Positions 10,731-20,532 of a DNA stretch of 64,000 nucleotides are shown here, in pieces. A program made the position numbers and the translations under genes. Below the pieces are notes generated by a model that searched no databases, had not been told where the DNA came from, and saw only the letters and a list, made by a program, of their open reading frames with translations. The stretch spans positions 2,112,001 to 2,176,000 of the forward strand of contig OZ242374.1 in assembly GCA_965209055.1 (NCBI GenBank). Reading direction: 5' to 3'. Numbering within the stretch: position 1 is the stretch's first letter; each line of letters opens with the position of its first letter. Origin of the DNA: Acidobacteriota bacterium. GTDB taxonomy: Bacteria > Acidobacteriota > UBA6911 > RPQK01 > JAJDTT01.

Positions 10731-10950
10731 ACAATTCCTGGCGCGTCGGCTTGCGGCCATCGGGCCTATCAAACCTCCGTGGTTTCATCGCCAAGTAGCT
10801 TTCCATCGCCTCCTGGTAGTCCTCTTCCCGGCGCCGCATTCGCTCCAACAATTCGGCGATCCATCGGGATACGCTGCGGTCGTCCCCGGCCGCCTTTAGG
10901 CGCAGCCACCGGGCCAAGCCGTCAGGCAGAGTAATCGTCAAATTCTTCAT
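10708..10950 (-). CDS. Ribbon-helix-helix/CopG-like antitoxin
   Basis: MKNLTITLPDGLARWLRLKAAGDDRSVSRWIAELL...PTRQELYDR, overlapping a PIN start. Confidence 0.8.
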   Translation of the reverse strand: MKNLTITLPDGLARWLRLKAAGDDRSVSRWIAELLERMRRREEDYQEAMESYLAMKPRRFDRPDGRKPTRQELYDRRGLG

Positions 10951-11096
10951 GGCAAGAAATCCGAATTTCAAGCTCAAGAATAGCGATGTAAAGAAACCGG
11001 GTCGAGGTGCGGAGCTGCGATTGAATGCCGTTATCAACCTGACGGTGCTGGGGGATGCCGTCCCGGTGTCATTCCGTAGTCCCGTGTGGCACCTGG

Positions 11097-11774
11097 TCAA
11101 AGCCCTTCGGAACAGGCCGGGATGAGCCCGATGGCCTCCACCCGATCATGGAGGAGAAACCGGGAATCGCCGGGATACACGACGAAGAGTTGGTCGAGCT
11201 TCATGTCGGACAACGCGGAGTGCATGGAGCGGGTCATGGCCGGGGCGCTGGTGCGCTTGAACTCGAATCCGATCCTGCGGCTACCGTCGAAGGCCAGCAG
11301 ATCCAATTCAGCCCCCTGGTACGTCGCCCAGTAATGGCATCGGCCCCAGTCGACTCCGAGGATGCGGACCATTCCCTGCATCGCGAATCCCTCCCAGGAC
11401 GCCCCCGACTTTGGGTGTCCCATGAGGGCGGACTCCGAGTCCACACCCAAAAGCGCATGCAGCATCCCGGTGTCGGCGACGTAGACCTTGGGAGCTTTGA
11501 CTTGCCGCTTCTTCAGGTTCTCGTGCCAGGGTTGGAGCCGGCGCACGATCAACGCATTGACGAGCACGTCGGAAAACGGGTTCCTGGGATCGGCGAGCCG
11601 CCTTTCGTCGGTGGGATCTTCAAGGTCGAAGACGGTGACAGGCTCCGTGGCGTCATTGATGAGATCACGGGCCAGAGTCGTCTTTCCGACCTGCCGGGCC
11701 CCGACCAAACCAACGACGGGGAACTGGTCGAGTAGTGCGCGGACCGCACTCCTGTGTGCTTGACGGGGTGTCAC
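11097..11774 (-). pseudogene. AAA_14/DUF4143-family ATPase with in-frame internal deletion
   Basis: GARQVGKTTL Walker A and DLEDP join directly to LQPWHENLKKRQVKAPKVYVADTG...GASWEG...ELDLL...GFEFK. Walker B is missing; 225 aa versus about 390 typical. Confidence 0.8.
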
Positions 11775-11954
11775 TCGGCCATCATCCAGGAAAATCAGAA
11801 GTCAACATATCTATTTTCATGTTTACCGGTTGGAACAAACCCTCCCTCGGGCTGGAGAACCGGATCGGCTGGTCTAGTTGCAGAATTCGCTCGAAGGAAT
11901 CATCCTCCGGGGTGTCTCGTGGATTGGATCGCTGCGGAAGTGCGCAACAGGAGG

Positions 11955-12032
<78 letters not shown>

Positions 12033-12048
12033 GCATTGATGACGGCGA

Positions 12049-12077
12049 ACTATATCCAAGATACCCCCTTCAATCAA
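12049..12077 (-). promoter_or_regulatory. Sigma70-type promoter of tRNA-Asn
   Basis: TTGATT-N17-TATAGT ending 16 nt upstream of the tRNA. Confidence 0.7.
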
Positions 12078-12338
12078 GAATTGCGGGCTCGCCGTCGTCC
12101 CCCCAAATCTCCCGAACGGGCTGGTATCGACGCCGGTTTCGGCCCCGCGTGGGACTTGCACCGCGGACTGCTATAGTCGAGTTGTCGTTCCGGCGGTCAG
12201 CCGGTTTCGGCGCTGCCGGGCGGTCCGCACCCGCGATGCAGTGTTCGCCGCGTGCGCGGCCCGACCTTCGCGGCTGCCGAGAGCCGGCCGGACGTTGTCT
12301 GGCGAAAACGAAGCAAACCGGCGAACAGGAGGTTTTTC

Positions 12339-12728
12339 ATGAAGAGGTTGTCCTGGATGTGGTGGATCGCTGGGTTCACGGTCCTGCAAGGCCTTTCTTT
12401 ACTGTCGACGCCGCCCGCGGCACAGAAGCAATATCGGGTTTTCGTGGCGCCGATTTCCGACTTTGCGCCGGACGACGATGAGGGACCGACCCGGTATGAG
12501 TACGTCATGAATTTTGACCGGAAAGAGTGTCTCGGTGTCTTGCCGACCTCCAGGGAGGATCTCGCAGACTTCACTGCCTGGTTCGAGTTCGAGGGGAGGC
12601 ACTTCGTGCTGCTGTGGGATGCGCAAGGCAATCTCGTGTACTCCCGTGGTGGAGTCCGCAGTTCCGGCAACATCGTCAAGGACGTGTGCGAAGCGGTTCG
12701 GGAACCGGGACCGCGAAGCCGGAATTGA
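12339..12728 (+). CDS. Hypothetical secreted protein
   Basis: AGGAGG RBS, ATG 12339, signal-peptide-like MKRLSWMWWIAGFTVLQGLSLLSTPPAA. Confidence 0.7.
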   Translation: MKRLSWMWWIAGFTVLQGLSLLSTPPAAQKQYRVFVAPISDFAPDDDEGPTRYEYVMNFDRKECLGVLPTSREDLADFTAWFEFEGRHFVLLWDAQGNLVYSRGGVRSSGNIVKDVCEAVREPGPRSRN

Positions 12729-12770
12729 AGCGAGCGGAGAGGGAGAGGGATCGTGAAGGAGGATAGGTCA

Positions 12771-13769
12771 ATGGCAACCGAATCGAGGGCAAGGGAACTC
12801 CATGAACGGTCCATCGTGATCGACGGACTCAACGTCAGCCGTTGGGGGGAGGAGGCGGTCTATCGCCATCTCCGCGAGGGCGGCCTCACCGCCATCAACG
12901 CCACGGTGGCGGTCTGGGAGGGGACCCAGGGAACCCTGCGAAATATCGCCCGCTTCTACAAGGACTTTGACACCTACTCCGGGTACATCCGGCAGGTGAC
13001 CTGTCTCGACGACATCCGGAAAGCCAAGGAGGAGGGCCGGGTGGGGGTCATCTTCGGCTTCCAGAACTCCTCCCCCATCGAGGACGACCTGGACCTGGTG
13101 GAGGTCTTCCACCGGCTCGGGGTCCGGGCCATCCAGATCACCTACAACGACCTGAACCTGGTGGGGGCCGGCTGCTACGAGCGCCGGGACGTGGGCCTGA
13201 GCCAGTTCGGGGTGGACCTGGTGGCCGAGATGAACCGCCTGGGCATGGTCATCGACCTGTCCCACGTGGGCCACCGGACCACCATGGACGCCATCGAGAC
13301 CTCCGACGACCCGGTCTGGTTCAGCCACACCAATCCCCGGACCCTGTGCGATCATCCCCGGAACAAGACCGACGAGGAGGTGAAGGCCCTGGTGGCCAAG
13401 GGAGGAATCGTCGGCGCCAACAGCTTCCCCACCTTCCTGGCCCGCGGCTACGATTCGACTCTGGAGGACGTGCTGGACGTGGTCGACTACTGGGTCGACC
13501 TGGTGGGCATCGACTCGGTGGGCATCGGCCTGGATTTCACCGAGCTGCATACCGCCGAGTGGTTCCACTGGCTCATGGCCGGCAAGCTCAAGGGCTCCAC
13601 CGTCTTTCCGCTTCCCTATCCCATTCCCCTGCCCGACGGGATCACCCGGGCCGACGAGATGCCGAACCTGACGGCGGGCCTGGTGGGCCGGGGCTACTCC
13701 GGGGAAGACGTGCAGAAGATCATGGGGCTCAACGTCTACCGGCTCTTCGAGCGGGTCTGGAAGGAGTAA
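12771..13769 (+). CDS. Membrane dipeptidase (peptidase M19 family)
   Basis: IVIDG, IFGFQN, LGVRAIQITYN, MNRLGMVIDLSHVG, SHTN, RNKTDE, VGIGLDF, IMGLN. AGGAGG RBS. Confidence 0.92.
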   Translation: MATESRARELHERSIVIDGLNVSRWGEEAVYRHLREGGLTAINATVAVWEGTQGTLRNIARFYKDFDTYSGYIRQVTCLDDIRKAKEEGRVGVIFGFQNSSPIEDDLDLVEVFHRLGVRAIQITYNDLNLVGAGCYERRDVGLSQFGVDLVAEMNRLGMVIDLSHVGHRTTMDAIETSDDPVWFSHTNPRTLCDHPRNKTDEEVKALVAKGGIVGANSFPTFLARGYDSTLEDVLDVVDYWVDLVGIDSVGIGLDFTELHTAEWFHWLMAGKLKGSTVFPLPYPIPLPDGITRADEMPNLTAGLVGRGYSGEDVQKIMGLNVYRLFERVWKE

Positions 13770-13828
13770 CGGATTTCCAGCGGCGTTCGTTAAGGAAATA
13801 GGAGTTTAATTTGGGGCCCCCGTATGGT

Positions 13829-13856
13829 CTGGCGCCCTGGCAGTCGCCGGTTTTTT
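13829..13856 (+). terminator. Possible intrinsic terminator
   Basis: CTGGCG...CGCCGG stem followed by T6, downstream of the dipeptidase. Confidence 0.35.
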
Positions 13857-13875
13857 CAACGGGCAATTTCTTGGT

Positions 13876-13904
13876 TTGTTCTGACTAGTCTGACCGGTTA
13901 TACT
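13876..13904 (+). promoter_or_regulatory. Promoter of the TA operon (probably leaderless)
   Basis: TTGTTC-N17-TATACT, 6 nt before ATG 13911, no SD. Tandem CTGAC(T/C) repeats lie in the spacer. Confidence 0.6.
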
Positions 13905-13910
13905 ATGCTC

Positions 13911-14186
13911 ATGCCGACAATCTATTCCACCTATGAAGCGAAGGCGCGCTTCTCCGAGATTCTTCGCCAAGTGCGCTCCGGTAAGACGATCATGGTCTCC
14001 TATCGAGGAAAGCCTGTGGCCGAGATTCGGCCGATCGCGCCTGAACCCACGACCATTGAGGAGCGGCTTGAAGAGCTCGAACGGCGGGGTGTCCTGGTGC
14101 GCTCGACTGCGCCGGCGGAACCGATCACGACAGTGGCCCGGCGTCCTGGTGCACTCAAACGCTTTCTGGCGGAACGGGGCGAATGA
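13911..14186 (+). CDS. Phd/YefM-family antitoxin
   Basis: YSTYEAKARFSEILRQVRSGKTIMVSYRGKPVAEIRP; ATGA overlap with the toxin. Confidence 0.9.
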   Translation: MPTIYSTYEAKARFSEILRQVRSGKTIMVSYRGKPVAEIRPIAPEPTTIEERLEELERRGVLVRSTAPAEPITTVARRPGALKRFLAERGE

Positions 14187-14587
14187 GCGTCGCTTACGTA
14201 GACACTTCCGCGGTAGCCGCCATCGCCTTAGGCGAGCCAGGCGCGTTGACCCTGGACCACCGGCTGCGAGGATTCGATCGTCTGCATTCTTCCAACCTCC
14301 TGGAGGCGGAACTGCGGTCTGTGTTCTCACGGGAGAAGGTCGAATTTTCGCCGAGTCTCATCACCCGTATCGACTGGGTTTTGCCGGAGCGGCCCTTGAC
14401 GCCGGAATACTCAACAGCCCTGCAAGCCGGTTACTTGAAGGGTGCCGATCTCTGGCACGTCGCGACGGCTCTGTATGTGGCCACCGACCCCAACCAGGTC
14501 TCTTTCGTCACACTCGACAAACAGCAAGCGTTCGTGGCAAAGACGCTTGGGTTTCGGATTCCGGATGGAACGGTATTGCGGACGTGA
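14183..14587 (+). CDS. vapC: PIN-domain toxin, apparently intact
   Basis: AYVDTSA, EAELRS, LKGADLWHVATA, FVTLD acidic residues present. Confidence 0.9.
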   Translation: MSVAYVDTSAVAAIALGEPGALTLDHRLRGFDRLHSSNLLEAELRSVFSREKVEFSPSLITRIDWVLPERPLTPEYSTALQAGYLKGADLWHVATALYVATDPNQVSFVTLDKQQAFVAKTLGFRIPDGTVLRT

Positions 14588-14633
14588 AGAGGCCCGCCTC
14601 CAAACTCTCCGTGATTGACGTGGCCCCACCTGC

Positions 14634-16127
14634 ATGACTCCCGTCCTGGACCGTTTTCAGAGCCTCCACGCCGTCGACTTTGCCGCCATCGCCGCCTACT
14701 TCGCGGTGGTGATCTGGGTCGGGTTCTACTACGGACGGCGCCAGAAGAGCACCGAGGACTACTTCCTGGCGGGACGGCGCCTGCCCTGGTTTTCCGTCGG
14801 CGTCAGCATTGTCGCCACGGTTCTCTCCACCGTCACCTACCTCTCCACGCCGGGAGAGATGATCAGGAACGGTGTCGGAGCCAACGCCCAGTTCCTCTCC
14901 TACCCGCTGGTCTTCTTCCTGGTCAGCTATCTCATCCTCCCCTATCTCATGCGGCTCCGGTTGACCACCGCCTACGAGTACCTGGAGCGGAGGTTCGACC
15001 TGGCCACCCGGCTCTTCGGCGCGTCCCTCTTCGTCTTGATCCGGACCGCCTGGATGGGGATGGTCCTGTTCACCGCCTCGCTGGCCCTGTCCAAGATCTG
15101 CGGACTCTCCTTCACCACCGTGGTCCTGGGCCTGGTGGCCATCGGCGTCTTCTACACGGTCCTGGGAGGCCTGCGGGCGGTCATCTGGACCGACGTGGTC
15201 CAGTTCTTCATTCTCCTGGGCGGCGCCATCTTCACCGTCATCTACGTGGCCGTCGACTCGGGCACCGGTCCGGCGACGTGGTGGAACGACATGATGGCGG
15301 CCGACACGCCGTCGCAACCGGTCTTCAGCTTCGACCCCACGGTTCGGCTGAGCCTGGTGGGCATGGGCTGCTGGACCCTGTTCTGGTGGCTGGCCACCGC
15401 CAGCTCGGACCAGGTGGCGGTCCAGCGGTTCCTGGCCACCGAGTCGCTTCAGGCCTCCCGCCGGGCCTTCCTGTGCAACCTGGCCGGCGGGGTCGTCCTG
15501 ACCTTGATCCTCTCCCTCTGCGGAATCGCCCTCTACTCCTACTACCAGGCCGCCATTCCCGACGACCCCGACCTGGTCTTCCCCCACTTCATCCGGCACA
15601 TCCTGCCCCGGGGGCTGGCGGGACTGGTGGTGGCTGCCCTCTTTTCGGCCGCCATGTCCAGCCTGGACTCGGGGATGAACTCCATCTCCTCGGTGGTGGT
15701 CACCGATTTCTACCGCCGGTTCAGGAGCGCCGTCCCCACACCGCGTCAGGAGCTGTTCCTGGCCCGGGTGGTCACCGCGGCGGTGGGCGGACTGGCAATG
15801 GCCCTTTGCCTGCTCCTGTACCGGATCCCCGAGGAGCAGAGGGGGAACCTGTTCGACATCCAGGGGCGGGTCACCAGTTTTCTGGTGGGAAGCCTGGGAG
15901 GACTCATGCTCATCGCCATGCTGGGGATCCGCTGCAGCGCCCGGGTGGCCATGGGGAGCGCGCTCTGCGGAATCCTGGTGGGATTTCTCTGGGCCCAGGG
16001 CCATTGGCTGTTCGGCCTTCCGGAGCTGGCCTGGATGTGGGTCATTCCGGTCTCGACCACGGTGACGGTGGGGGTGGCGGTCGGCGCCGTGGCGGTCCTC
16101 GGCCCGGCGTCGTCGAAGCGTTCCTGA
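14634..16127 (+). CDS. Sodium:solute symporter (SSS family)
   Basis: EDYFLAGR, TAYEYLERRF, GGLRAVIWTDVVQ, DQVAVQRFL, AAMSSLDSGMNS. Confidence 0.93.
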   Translation: MTPVLDRFQSLHAVDFAAIAAYFAVVIWVGFYYGRRQKSTEDYFLAGRRLPWFSVGVSIVATVLSTVTYLSTPGEMIRNGVGANAQFLSYPLVFFLVSYLILPYLMRLRLTTAYEYLERRFDLATRLFGASLFVLIRTAWMGMVLFTASLALSKICGLSFTTVVLGLVAIGVFYTVLGGLRAVIWTDVVQFFILLGGAIFTVIYVAVDSGTGPATWWNDMMAADTPSQPVFSFDPTVRLSLVGMGCWTLFWWLATASSDQVAVQRFLATESLQASRRAFLCNLAGGVVLTLILSLCGIALYSYYQAAIPDDPDLVFPHFIRHILPRGLAGLVVAALFSAAMSSLDSGMNSISSVVVTDFYRRFRSAVPTPRQELFLARVVTAAVGGLAMALCLLLYRIPEEQRGNLFDIQGRVTSFLVGSLGGLMLIAMLGIRCSARVAMGSALCGILVGFLWAQGHWLFGLPELAWMWVIPVSTTVTVGVAVGAVAVLGPASSKRS

Positions 16128-16213
16128 TCCTGGGAGCCTGGCCGGATCGTAGAGACTTTCGCCCCGACTTGTTAAGATTCGCCTCACCATCAAGAACCAA
16201 AGGAGAGTGACTC

Positions 16214-16975
16214 ATGACTGATTCGGTAGACCGGAAGCCGTTGCTCGGGGCCGTCTATCCCGACGATGCCTGGGTGGACGTTGAGGCCGACGCGGTGGTG
16301 GACGAGTTCCGGCGGTTCATGCCGCGCGGAGTTCGCCTCATGTCCAGCGCCACTCCCATCCGGGACAAGGAAGCCCATGTGCCCGCCGGAATCGAACTGG
16401 CGGAAAACGGCGACATCGAGGAATCGGCCCGGAGGCTCTCCAAGTACGATCCCGATTGCTACGCGTATTACTGCACCACCATCAGCTTCGTCCGGGGCGT
16501 GGGAGGAGATCTGGACATCTCGGATCGGATCACCCGCATGACCGGCAAGCCGGCCACCACCACCAGCACCGCCATGATCCGGGCCTTCAAGTCCCTGGGA
16601 ATTTCCAGCGTCACCCTGGCCAGCCCCTACATGCCCGACGTGGAGGGACGTTTCATCCAGTTCATCCAGGATCATGGGGTCCGGGTGTTGAACAGCCTGG
16701 CTCTGAACCTGCCGAAAGACCACTCCATTGTCCCGCCCGAGCGCATCCGGAGATTGGCCGAGACCTCCAACGTCGGGGAGTCGGACGCCGTCTTCGTCGG
16801 TTGCACCGGTCAGAAGCTGGCTCTGCACCTGGACGAGATGGAGGCCGGTCTGGGGAAGCCGGTCCTCACGGCGAATCAGGTCACCTCCTGGCACGCCTTG
16901 CAGTTGATGGGAATCGAACCCTGTCTTGAAGGCCGCGGAAGGCTCTTCGCCGGAGGCGTCCTGGCGGGGGATTGA
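16214..16975 (+). CDS. Asp/Glu racemase superfamily protein (maleate isomerase/EutA-like)
   Basis: YYCTT and VGCTG (both catalytic Cys), LASPY, LGKPVLTANQ. Confidence 0.85.
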   Translation: MTDSVDRKPLLGAVYPDDAWVDVEADAVVDEFRRFMPRGVRLMSSATPIRDKEAHVPAGIELAENGDIEESARRLSKYDPDCYAYYCTTISFVRGVGGDLDISDRITRMTGKPATTTSTAMIRAFKSLGISSVTLASPYMPDVEGRFIQFIQDHGVRVLNSLALNLPKDHSIVPPERIRRLAETSNVGESDAVFVGCTGQKLALHLDEMEAGLGKPVLTANQVTSWHALQLMGIEPCLEGRGRLFAGGVLAGD

Positions 16976-16994
16976 TTCCGGATTTGAGAGTTGC

Positions 16995-18425
16995 ATGAGA
17001 CATCCGGGCGCGGCGGTCTGCACGATCCTGCTGATCCTGGCCGCCATCCCATCGCTTCCGGGCCAGGCCGTTGTCGACGTGGGAAGCGAACGCCAGCTCT
17101 TCCTGGACGATTTCTGGTTCGACTCCCGGCAGGGGATCCGCCTCACCCGCCACCCGCCTCAACCCCGGGAGGTTTCTCTCTCCTGTGTTGAACCGTGGGA
17201 GGGCAAGGAACTCCACTACAGCAGCGTGGTCCGGGACCGGGGCCTCTATCGCATGTGGTACCGGGTCGCGGAGAAAGAGCCCCCCTATCCGGTCTGGACC
17301 TGCTACGCCGAGAGCCGGGACGGCATCACCTGGACCCGGCGGAACCTGGGGGTCTATTCCCGCAAGGGCTCGACACGGAACAACATCATCGGCGACCCCA
17401 AGGACTTCACCAACGTCAGCGTCATCGTGGATCCGAATCAGCAACCGGGCAGTTCGGCCCGTTACAAGATGATCTCCCGCGTGGGGGGGATCTCCGGTTT
17501 CGTCTCGAGGGACGGCATCCATTGGCAGCCGGTTCGCACAAATCCACTGCTCCCTCCCGGGAAGGGTCCCTTCGACAGCCACAACACGCTGCTCTGGGAC
17601 GACGAGAGGAGGCGCTTCGTCATCTATCTGAGGGGCGTCGATTCATCGGTGGAAGGCTCCTTCAAGGGGGGCCGCCGAGCCATCCGCCGGACCGAATCCA
17701 CCGACTTTCTGCACTGGTCGGAACCGGAACTGGTGGTCGCGGCCGACGAGCGGGATCCGAAGGACCTCCACTTCTATACCAATGCGGCCGTCAAGTATTT
17801 TCGTGCGGCCCGGGCCTTCCTCATGTTTCCCATGGTCTTGTACCCGGACCGCAGGGAAAACGAAGACGCGCCTCTTCCCGGACTCGCCGATATCGTGTTC
17901 GCCTCCAGCCGGGACGGGATCCGCTGGGACCGCCTATTCCGGAAGCCGTTCCTCTCTCCGGACCTGCACCCGGAAAACTGGGTGGACCGCAATCCCATCA
18001 TGGGCCACGGAGTGGTGCCCACCGGTCCAGGCGAGATCTCCATGTACTACTCGGATCTGCTCCGTTCGGAGAGAACCCGGATCCGCCGCTGCACCCTCCG
18101 GACCGACGGCTTCGTCTCGGTGCAGGGACCCGATTCCAGATTCGGCGAGTTCACCACCCGGCCCATCCGGTTCCAGGGGCGGGGTCTGGAACTCAACTAC
18201 GCCACTTCCGGCGGAGGCAGTCTCCTGGTGGAGCTGCAGGACCAGGACGGGGACCCACTGGAGGGCCTGAGTCTGGAGGATTGCGCACCCCTGGTGGGGA
18301 ACAAGATCGCCGGTATCGCCAGGTGGAGGGGAGGGATAGACCTCTCTCGGCATGCCGGCAAGACAGTGCGCCTCCGGGTCCGAATCCGTGACGCCCACCT
18401 GTACGCCTTCCGGTTCGTTCCCTGA
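16995..18425 (+). CDS. Secreted beta-propeller glycoside-hydrolase-like protein
   Basis: Signal peptide, RQLFLDD, repeated S.DGI.W blades, C-terminal LRTDGFVS...LYAFRF. Confidence 0.7.
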   Translation: MRHPGAAVCTILLILAAIPSLPGQAVVDVGSERQLFLDDFWFDSRQGIRLTRHPPQPREVSLSCVEPWEGKELHYSSVVRDRGLYRMWYRVAEKEPPYPVWTCYAESRDGITWTRRNLGVYSRKGSTRNNIIGDPKDFTNVSVIVDPNQQPGSSARYKMISRVGGISGFVSRDGIHWQPVRTNPLLPPGKGPFDSHNTLLWDDERRRFVIYLRGVDSSVEGSFKGGRRAIRRTESTDFLHWSEPELVVAADERDPKDLHFYTNAAVKYFRAARAFLMFPMVLYPDRRENEDAPLPGLADIVFASSRDGIRWDRLFRKPFLSPDLHPENWVDRNPIMGHGVVPTGPGEISMYYSDLLRSERTRIRRCTLRTDGFVSVQGPDSRFGEFTTRPIRFQGRGLELNYATSGGGSLLVELQDQDGDPLEGLSLEDCAPLVGNKIAGIARWRGGIDLSRHAGKTVRLRVRIRDAHLYAFRFVP

Positions 18426-18717
18426 AGACCGTGAGGTGTGGGATTGGGACGGCAATCGCCCGCCGTCCCGGCTCGGCGCGGTCGCGGTGACGGTCTCCCG
18501 AATCAAACCCGCCGAGCGTTGGGGCGCCCGGCGGGCTCTATGCTGACTCGTCCTGCGCCGGTGGAAAAGCCAACCGGAATCTATTCTACTCGACTCACAA
18601 TATTGTTTCAGTACCGCACGGATCTTTCTCTGACAGGGCCGCCTATGCCGGAAATGCGCGAGGAATCCGTCGGAACGAATCGTTTTCGGTTCTCGATGTT
18701 GGATTCCGAGCCCATCG

Positions 18718-19884
18718 TTGACCGTGATGCGGCCTCTCGGTCATAGTGTTGGAGTGAGGCGGCTGAGAATCGTTTTCGAATCCATTCTCTACCGCAATCC
18801 TCATCCTGGACACCAGGCCGTCTGCGCCTATCTCCCCAACGTGGTCCCCATCTCGGAACGGGAACTGCTCTGTTTCTACCGCTTGGGCCAGGCGTTCTAC
18901 TCCCTGGACGGAAGGTTGGCCGTGCTCCGCTCCCGGGACGGCGGCGAAACCTGGGTCGAGGAGGGGGACCTCTGGGACCCGCAACAGGAGAGCGCGCCCC
19001 ATTCCTACAGCGCGCCCCATGGGACGCTGCTCCGGGACGGAACCCTGCTCCTGGTGGCCCACCGGTTTCGAGCCACGCAGGATCAATTGTTCCGGTTCAA
19101 TCCCGAGACAGGAGGCCTGAAACCCTTCGAGCTGGTGCTGTTCCGGTCCTCGGACCTGGGCCGAACCTGGGCCCCTCCCCAGGCGATCCAAGTGGGAGGC
19201 GGGGGAGTGGCGGACGCTCCGTCCAATGTGATCGAACTCAATGACGGTTCCCTGTTCCTGGCGTTGGAGCGCTGGAAATCGTGGGACGACACTTCTCCTC
19301 TGCACATCAGGGGCTCTGCCCTGTTCTCCCGGGACGGCGGGTCGACGTGGGGAGAGGAGATCGATTTCCCCAGTGCTTGCGACCCGTCCCGGATGTTCTC
19401 TCACAGCCGCTACAGCCGGATGTTGGACGGCCGCGTCTGCGCCCTTCAATGGACCCAGAGCATCGGCGGGCAGGAGAATTTCCCCCTCCATTTCGTCCGC
19501 TCCGACACGGCGGGGACCCGCTGGGAGACGCCCCGGCCCACCACCATCCCGGCCCAGACCAGTTGGGCCGCGGATCTGGGAGAGGGAGTGCTGGCGGCGG
19601 CCTATTCGATTCGGGAGAGGATGAAGCCGGGTGTCCTGGTGACCCTCAGCGAAGACGGGGGCCGGAGTTGGGACCTGGATCACCAGGTCATGGTCTGGGA
19701 CGCCGTCGGCCAGGAGTTTCTGGGTGTCGATCACAAGCCGGAATACCCGGCCAGTCATGACAACATCGCCTTCGGCAAGCCCAATTTGGTTCGTCTGCCG
19801 GGAGGAGACCTCCTGGCAAGCTGGTGGTGCACCCAAGCCTGCATCACCCACATACGCTGCGCCCGGTTGACGGTGGAGGAATAA
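18718..19884 (+). CDS. Sialidase-fold / BNR (Asp-box) repeat protein
   Basis: SRDGGETW, SSDLGRTW, SRDGGSTW, SEDGGRSW. The true start may be GTG 18754. Confidence 0.8.
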   Translation: MTVMRPLGHSVGVRRLRIVFESILYRNPHPGHQAVCAYLPNVVPISERELLCFYRLGQAFYSLDGRLAVLRSRDGGETWVEEGDLWDPQQESAPHSYSAPHGTLLRDGTLLLVAHRFRATQDQLFRFNPETGGLKPFELVLFRSSDLGRTWAPPQAIQVGGGGVADAPSNVIELNDGSLFLALERWKSWDDTSPLHIRGSALFSRDGGSTWGEEIDFPSACDPSRMFSHSRYSRMLDGRVCALQWTQSIGGQENFPLHFVRSDTAGTRWETPRPTTIPAQTSWAADLGEGVLAAAYSIRERMKPGVLVTLSEDGGRSWDLDHQVMVWDAVGQEFLGVDHKPEYPASHDNIAFGKPNLVRLPGGDLLASWWCTQACITHIRCARLTVEE

Positions 19885-19889
19885 ATGCC

Positions 19890-20516
19890 ATGAGAAAATC
19901 ACTGTCCGTGGGCCCGATGTTCGTCGCCGCCCTTTTTCTGCTGTCCGGGACCGTGCAAGCGGACGAAGTGGAGATCGAGAAAGGGATCTTCATTTCGGCC
20001 GCCTCCCTGGTCCGGCGAGACCTTCCCGACGATTTCCCCTACCAGGTCTTCCACGAGGGATTTGCCGTGGTCCGGGTTCAGGTCCGCAACTCTTCTTCCG
20101 CCGATGTTTTCTCGCTGGAACCGGCACGGATGACCGTGCACGAACCCAAGGGAAAGACCATCAAACGTGTCAGCGCTGCCGAGCTCACTCCCAAGGTGGT
20201 CAAGTACTACCAGGGCGGAGGCGGCGGCCCGGGCGTCAGCCTGTCGACCTCGGCCGGCGGACCCGTCTTCAATCCCCGCCAGCGTCCTTACGGCGAGAGG
20301 CGGACCACGATCGGCGGCGGCGGTGGCCCCGGGATCATCCACGTGGGAAAGGTGAAGGAACTCCGGGAACTGTTGGAACGGTACGAGATCCAAGCGGCCG
20401 CCGTGGCTCCCGGCCAAACCATCGAGGGTTTCTTCTACCTGAAGACCAAGAAGAGCGGAAACCGCCTCATCGGCGGCCACGTCCGGCTGCCCGGAAACCG
20501 GACCGTCGGCTTCTGA
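19890..20516 (+). CDS. Hypothetical secreted protein
   Basis: GGAGGA upstream, signal peptide MRKSLSVGPMFVAALFLLSGTVQA. Confidence 0.65.
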   Translation: MRKSLSVGPMFVAALFLLSGTVQADEVEIEKGIFISAASLVRRDLPDDFPYQVFHEGFAVVRVQVRNSSSADVFSLEPARMTVHEPKGKTIKRVSAAELTPKVVKYYQGGGGGPGVSLSTSAGGPVFNPRQRPYGERRTTIGGGGGPGIIHVGKVKELRELLERYEIQAAAVAPGQTIEGFFYLKTKKSGNRLIGGHVRLPGNRTVGF

Positions 20517-20532
20517 ACACGTACAGGCCGGT

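Noticed and set aside
18426-18717. Small gene or sRNA in the 290-bp gap
   Set aside because: Short ORFs lack RBS and motifs, and no convincing structure was seen.
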